A DNA stretch of 64,000 nucleotides, taken from the NCBI GenBank assembly GCA_965657355.1, contig CBFHOE010000007.1, forward strand, positions 224,001 to 288,000, given 5' to 3'. The position numbers were made by a program, and so were the translations under genes. Below the pieces are notes generated by a model. The model worked only from the letters and a program-made list of their open reading frames with translations, had not been told where the DNA came from and made no database searches. Source of the stretch: Limisphaerales bacterium. Its GTDB lineage: Bacteria; Verrucomicrobiota; Verrucomicrobiia; Limisphaerales; JAJOIW01. This document shows, in pieces, positions 59,907 through 64,000 of this stretch. Position 1 is the first letter of the stretch, and every line of letters begins with the position of its first letter.

Positions 59907-60908
59907 TCATTCCCCTTCAGATTTCAATTCTTCACCGGTCTTGCCTCCGTGTTTGCGGAGGAGGTCGGGAACACTCAAAAAGATTTCACTAACTATGCAA
60001 GGTTTTGTCTCTGAATCATTATCTACAAACAAAGACACAGGTTTTGCTTCTTTACAGGTTTGAAGTTTGTACCTCTTTGTGCCAAACAATCTATGTTCAC
60101 GTTGTGTTCCGACGTGTTCTCCGTTAATATATTTATTGATTACCAGAAAATCTGAATCTTCCTTAACCTCTATAATGAACCAATTAAATTCATCATTAAT
60201 AATTTTTTCACTTCCAACGTAATCACCCAAGATACCAATACCTTCGTTATCCTTAACATAAATCTCAGCATCTGCTTTATATTTTAAGTTTTGTTCTTCA
60301 GTGGCATAAAATCCATCTGGGTGAGGTTGTCCAGTATCAAAAACACTGAAATATTCACTTGTTGAGTTACTTAATATTTTAACTTTTACACCAATGACAT
60401 ATTCGCTAAATAACTCTTCGCCTAAGCCATTATGCTCTAAGCGCACACTTAGACTTTCATTTGGATTTAAACCAGGAATAGCCAATCCCCCTTTTCCATT
60501 AGGTCTAGCTTGTTCAATATTAACCCTTAAAATTAAGGGCATTCCTGCTGTTGTCTTTATCGATGCTTTGCTATTATGAACTTCATTAAATTCCCACCTA
60601 GCAAGAAGTTTATGTGTGACGTTTGACACAGTACCATCAGAGTTGAATGTTAACTTAGCTTTCAATTCTTCAGATGTCTTACCGCCGTGTTTGCGGAGTA
60701 GGTCGGCGATTTCTTCGTCATCGGGCAAATCTAGTGGTGTTGTGCCATCATCATCCTTCGCATTCACATCCGTACCAGCAGCGATGTGTTGTTTGACAGC
60801 TTCGATGTTTCCTGACTCGGCAGCAGCGTGAATTGAGATGTCTGGTGCTTTGGGAGGCCCACACCCCACCTGCACCAAGGCTGCGATTGTGATTAATAGT
60901 TGTTTCAT
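59907..60908 (-). CDS. Ankyrin-repeat lipoprotein with inserted LamG/concanavalin-like domain
   Basis: Lipobox-like VQVGC; SIHAAAESGNIEAVKQHIAAGTDVNAKDDDGTTPLD ankyrin; central beta-rich domain (GIGILG...KYINGE...LFVDNDSE); duplicated DLLRKHGGKT tail. Confidence 0.8.
   Translation of the reverse strand: MKQLLITIAALVQVGCGPPKAPDISIHAAAESGNIEAVKQHIAAGTDVNAKDDDGTTPLDLPDDEEIADLLRKHGGKTSEELKAKLTFNSDGTVSNVTHKLLARWEFNEVHNSKASIKTTAGMPLILRVNIEQARPNGKGGLAIPGLNPNESLSVRLEHNGLGEELFSEYVIGVKVKILSNSTSEYFSVFDTGQPHPDGFYATEEQNLKYKADAEIYVKDNEGIGILGDYVGSEKIINDEFNWFIIEVKEDSDFLVINKYINGEHVGTQREHRLFGTKRYKLQTCKEAKPVSLFVDNDSETKPCIVSEIFLSVPDLLRKHGGKTGEELKSEGE
59922..59968. repeat. 47-bp direct repeat, copy 1 (encodes DLLRKHGGKTGEELK)
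   Basis: 41/47 identical to 60660-60706 by manual alignment. Confidence 0.9.
60660..60706. repeat. 47-bp direct repeat, copy 2 (encodes DLLRKHGGKTSEELK)
   Basis: 41/47 identical to 59922-59968. Confidence 0.9.
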
Positions 60909-61300
60909 TTTTTGTGTTTTTTGTTGAATGAAGAATTGAGTTAATCACCGAAGCCACGACTTAATGTTAATTTTTTAACATCCAAAATTTGCCAAACATA
61001 AAGTCATGGTTTGATGATAAATCAATCCCCGTGTGTATAACTGACAGAATTGTGAAGTGCAATGGTAGCCTATGGGAGGCACTAGAATTTCACACGGTAG
61101 ACTTTTTTGCCCTTAAAATTTTATATGATAAAACTCGCTTTCAAATTTTTAATGCACTTTTAATGAACGAATAATTTCTACAAAAATGTCAGTTGCCCAC
61201 AAACGCTTTCTTTCAATGCATCGCCAATGCATCCTCTTTTTTAATCATAAACGCTTATGTTCACTTACTACCTTTGCAGAACAACGTTAATTTCAGGTTT

Positions 61301-61472
61301 GTTTATGGCGGTTTGAGTCACTATCGGCACATTCAGGAACTTAGTTTGATTCGACTATGATGAAAGTTTGCAGGAGAGCCGAATGCGGGAAATCTGCACG
61401 TCCGGTTCGACAAGGGGGAATGGTGGGAGTGATGATGTTGCTCGAAGCATCGCCCGTCATTCTCAGCTCTAC
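61301..61472 (+). mobile_element. 5'-truncated group II intron remnant (IEP C-terminal codons plus domains V and VI)
   Basis: DV GAGCCGAATGCGGGAAATCTGCACGTCCGGTTC (61376-61408; AGC triad, GAAA loop, AC bulge); DVI GGGGAATGGTGGG...CCCGTCATTCTC ending CTCTAC; upstream frame LSHYRHIQELSLIRL* resembles a maturase C-terminus. Confidence 0.85.
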
Positions 61473-61559
61473 CGTCTCTAGCACAGCGGGCTTGAGAAAA
61501 TACCAAGCGAACAGATTTATTTGCGCAATCACTTTTGGCAACTGCTACAGGCAGAACAC

Positions 61560-62360
61560 TTACGTTCCTGGGATGATTAGTCCATCGGGTTGACGGTATG
61601 TGAGCGATGGGAGCTCAAGGACGGTGTGGTCTCGTGTAGTGAAAATGTTTTTTGGTTGAGCTTGAAAGTTTTCCTCGAGCCAAGCTTCACTGCGGTCACT
61701 TAGATGGATGAGGTAAATGTGTGTGTTCGGAAGGCTGCTGGATACTTCAAGAATTTGATCGAAGTTGGTGTGGGTTGGATTTGTTTTGACCTGACCGCAA
61801 TCGTTGGAATCAATTGCCAGGGCTTGTGGTTGCCACTCTTTTAAGAAGGCCAGAGTATCTCCCGGAACGCCGTTAGTGTCGGAAATATAGGCAAATCTGG
61901 CGTCCTTCGTTTCGATGCAATAACCGAGGGCTGGGCAGCCGTGAGACAGTCCAACAGGGGTGACCTTGCCACTGCTCAAATTGAACGGGTTGCGGTGGCT
62001 GACTTGTTCAAATTCCAAGCTGCCTTGGAATTTGGAGAAATCGGAGGTCGCTGGGGGAGGTTCGGGCGCATAAACTTTCGTTCGGGCATTCCGGCTCCAG
62101 GCAAATGGATGCAGCCCGTGGCAATGGTCGCTGTGGAAGTGGGATAACAGGATCCCTGACAGCGTTTCGGGTGCTACAAAGTCCGACAAGTCCTGTCGTC
62201 CGGCATCGATCGCAATGGTGGTTCCATCGAGTTCTAAAAGCAGGCAGGCGCAATGTCGGCGAAAAAAAGGATTCTGTCTTGCCCTCTCACAGATACGACA
62301 GGTGCAGCCGTAGACCGGGATGCCTCGTGCGTTCGCTGTTCCTAGAAATGTGATTTTCAT
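61560..62360 (-). CDS. phnP: Phosphoribosyl 1,2-cyclic phosphate phosphodiesterase (MBL fold)
   Basis: FLGT...IPVYGCTCRIC, DAG, HFHSDH, YISDT; phn context. Confidence 0.88.
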   Translation of the reverse strand: MKITFLGTANARGIPVYGCTCRICERARQNPFFRRHCACLLLELDGTTIAIDAGRQDLSDFVAPETLSGILLSHFHSDHCHGLHPFAWSRNARTKVYAPEPPPATSDFSKFQGSLEFEQVSHRNPFNLSSGKVTPVGLSHGCPALGYCIETKDARFAYISDTNGVPGDTLAFLKEWQPQALAIDSNDCGQVKTNPTHTNFDQILEVSSSLPNTHIYLIHLSDRSEAWLEENFQAQPKNIFTTRDHTVLELPSLTYRQPDGLIIPGT

Positions 62361-63013
62361 ATGCGCGAGTATCTCTTTATAAATTGTTCGACGTCGTTGA
62401 ATTCTTTGATGCGGTTTTTGATCGTGTCACGATCCCAGTTCCACCAGGCAATTTCGAGCAACTTGGATGCGATGTGCGCTGGGAAGCGTTCACGAATCGG
62501 TTTTGCAGGTACTCCGGCAACAACGTTGTATGGAGGGACGTCTTTCGTGACCACGGCGCCGGCTCCCACGATGGAACCTGTTCCGATTTTGACTCCTGGC
62601 ATGATCGTGGCAGTATGGCCTATCCAGACGTCATGACCGATCACACAGCGATAGGACCGTCGCCAATCGAAAAAGGACTCGTCATCCTGGTCTGCGAATC
62701 CGTATTTTTCCAAACGATACAGCATGTGGTGTTGGCAGGCGCGTTCCATGGGGTGGTTGCCGGGATTGATTCTTACATGTGATGCCAGATTCACAAACTT
62801 TCCAATATCGGAGTAGATGATAGTCACATCACCGGCTGTGTAACTGAAATCGTCAAAGGTCGATTCGACCAGACGTGTATTCGCCATCAACTCCGTCCAG
62901 GCTCCGATTTTGCTGCGTACCACACTGCAGCTTGGATGGATGTTTGGGTTTTGCTGCAGGCGCTTCGGCGCTCTTGCGGCAGTTTCGGGAGGGAATGAAT
63001 CGACCCATTCCAT
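62357..63013 (-). CDS. Phosphonate-cluster hexapeptide-repeat acetyltransferase (CAT/DapH-like)
   Basis: NPGNHPMERACQHH, FFDWRR, IGHDVWIGH, GAGAVVTKDV; ATG 63013 lies just after the phnM stop (ORF track start 63142 overlaps phnM). Confidence 0.88.
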   Translation of the reverse strand: MEWVDSFPPETAARAPKRLQQNPNIHPSCSVVRSKIGAWTELMANTRLVESTFDDFSYTAGDVTIIYSDIGKFVNLASHVRINPGNHPMERACQHHMLYRLEKYGFADQDDESFFDWRRSYRCVIGHDVWIGHTATIMPGVKIGTGSIVGAGAVVTKDVPPYNVVAGVPAKPIRERFPAHIASKLLEIAWWNWDRDTIKNRIKEFNDVEQFIKRYSRI

Positions 63014-63014
63014 A

Positions 63015-63998
63015 TCAGGTCTGCGGAGTTGTTGTGGTTGTTTGGAGTTGCAGATTTTCGCGATGGGTACGTGGTCCGTCTGGTGCGATTTGTGGTCGAC
63101 CGGCGCTAAGCGTGGCTTTGGAGTAGTTAGCGGCCAGGCCATCGCTGTAGATTGGTATGCCTGCGCTCAGGGTCGCTCTGACGCGAGGCCAAGGGGCGGG
63201 TGTCGCCAACACGAGATCCGCACGTTTGCCCGCTGCGAGTTCGCCCCGGTCGTGGAGTCCGATGGCTTTGGCTGGGTTGGTGGAGATCATGCGGATGCCT
63301 GCTTCGAGTGGCAGGATTTTTTCGGACGCCATTTTAAAGGCTGCGAGGATCAAGCCGGGCGGATAATAATCAGATGCAAGCATGTCCAGACACCCTTCTG
63401 CGGCAGCATCCCGTGCACTGAGGTTGGCGTTGTGGGACGCGCCACGATAGGCGTTGGGACCGCCCATCAAGGTGGTTAGCCCGAGTTGCCGGGCATGCGT
63501 CGCCGCCTCCATGGTGACCGGAAATTCTGAGATTTGAACGCCCAGGCTCTGCATCAATTGGACTTTCTCAACGGTATCATCGTCGTGGGAAGCCAGCGGA
63601 ACACTGCGTTGGATGGCCAGTTCGGTCACTCTTCGGACAGCTTCCCACCCTTTCGGGCGTGCCTGAGCTTTTTCGATGCGTTTGAGCAGCATTTCTCGGG
63701 TGACCACCCCGTTTTCGGTGCGTTTGGCCCATTCGAGTGAGAAGTCGATATATCCTTCGATGTCCCGATATTGCCCTTGGCCAGGTGTGTGATCCATCAC
63801 AGAGACCAGGTGGATTTGGTTTGTTTCCAACAAGTCTTCCAAGACGGCTCCCGCTCTTTCGTTGGTGATTTCAAACCGGGCATGCACGTATGTGTCGACC
63901 ATCAGATCAGGTCGCATGGAATTGACCGTCTTGATCAATTTGCGTGCGCTTTCTTCTGAACGAAGGTCGTGGTCTTTGAACCATGCAAAAGAGATGGC
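63015..63998 (-). CDS. phnM: Alpha-D-ribose 1-methylphosphonate 5-triphosphate diphosphatase, 5' end outside window
   Basis: HARFE, MDHTPGQGQY, ASHDDDT, SEFP, MGGPN..RGASH, ASDYYP, DRGELAAGKRAD; frame open to the window edge. Confidence 0.95.
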   Translation of the reverse strand, partial: AISFAWFKDHDLRSEESARKLIKTVNSMRPDLMVDTYVHARFEITNERAGAVLEDLLETNQIHLVSVMDHTPGQGQYRDIEGYIDFSLEWAKRTENGVVTREMLLKRIEKAQARPKGWEAVRRVTELAIQRSVPLASHDDDTVEKVQLMQSLGVQISEFPVTMEAATHARQLGLTTLMGGPNAYRGASHNANLSARDAAAEGCLDMLASDYYPPGLILAAFKMASEKILPLEAGIRMISTNPAKAIGLHDRGELAAGKRADLVLATPAPWPRVRATLSAGIPIYSDGLAANYSKATLSAGRPQIAPDGPRTHRENLQLQTTTTTPQT

Positions 63999-64000
63999 AG

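Larger units (their letters stand above)
59705..64000. mobile_element. Genomic island / hypervariable region anchored at tRNA-Leu (right end not in window)
   Basis: tRNA boundary, probable integrase stub, AT-rich then GC-rich mosaic, intron remnant, phn cargo. Confidence 0.7.

Noticed and set aside
61255..61290. Integron attC-like site (GCAGAAC / GTTCTGC)
   Set aside because: No matching partner box or extended imperfect palindrome, and no integron integrase in the window
61341..61593. ORFs 61341-61541 (-) and 61357-61593 (+)
   Set aside because: They are translations of group II intron DV/DVI RNA, not proteins
63014..63142. N-terminal extension of the acetyltransferase
   Set aside because: Overlaps phnM; ATG 63013 right after the phnM stop is the natural start
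62875..63479. Plus-strand ORFs up to 189 aa
   Set aside because: Antisense shadows of the GC-rich phnM and acetyltransferase genes
1..64000. CRISPR array, rRNA, DGR or retron
   Set aside because: No regularly spaced repeats, rRNA-like sequence or reverse transcriptase ORF seen; the 47-bp repeat differences are not adenine-specific

Overview
Bacterial chromosomal segment, roughly 40% GC by eye. Protein styles suggest Verrucomicrobiota, probably a marine Pedosphaerales/Limisphaerales-like lineage; this is inference. About 59.6 kb is core genome: sucA-BON-sucB-lpdA, priA, ilvA, purSQLF, lepA-lepB, a phosphomannomutase, rplM-rpsI, argCJBDF, ispH, dgt, a LarA-family racemase, an octaheme cytochrome and several hypotheticals. 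tRNA-Leu(TAA) at 59618-59704 is followed by a mosaic island. It holds a probable integrase N-terminal stub, an ankyrin lipoprotein whose AT-rich LamG-like domain sits between two 47-bp direct repeats, and the 3' end of a group II intron. It ends with GC-rich phosphonate (C-P lyase pathway) genes phnM, an acetyltransferase and phnP, which run off the window. The most novel signal is an unannotated 16-aa Leu-rich leader ORF (MLGMTQILLLGRKFEA) with terminator and antiterminator. It lies directly upstream of an uncharacterised two-gene Fe-S module (HdrA-N-terminal-like protein plus 2x[4Fe-4S] ferredoxin-domain protein), i.e. a candidate leucine attenuator on genes not known to be in amino-acid biosynthesis. 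No CRISPR array or rRNA was seen.
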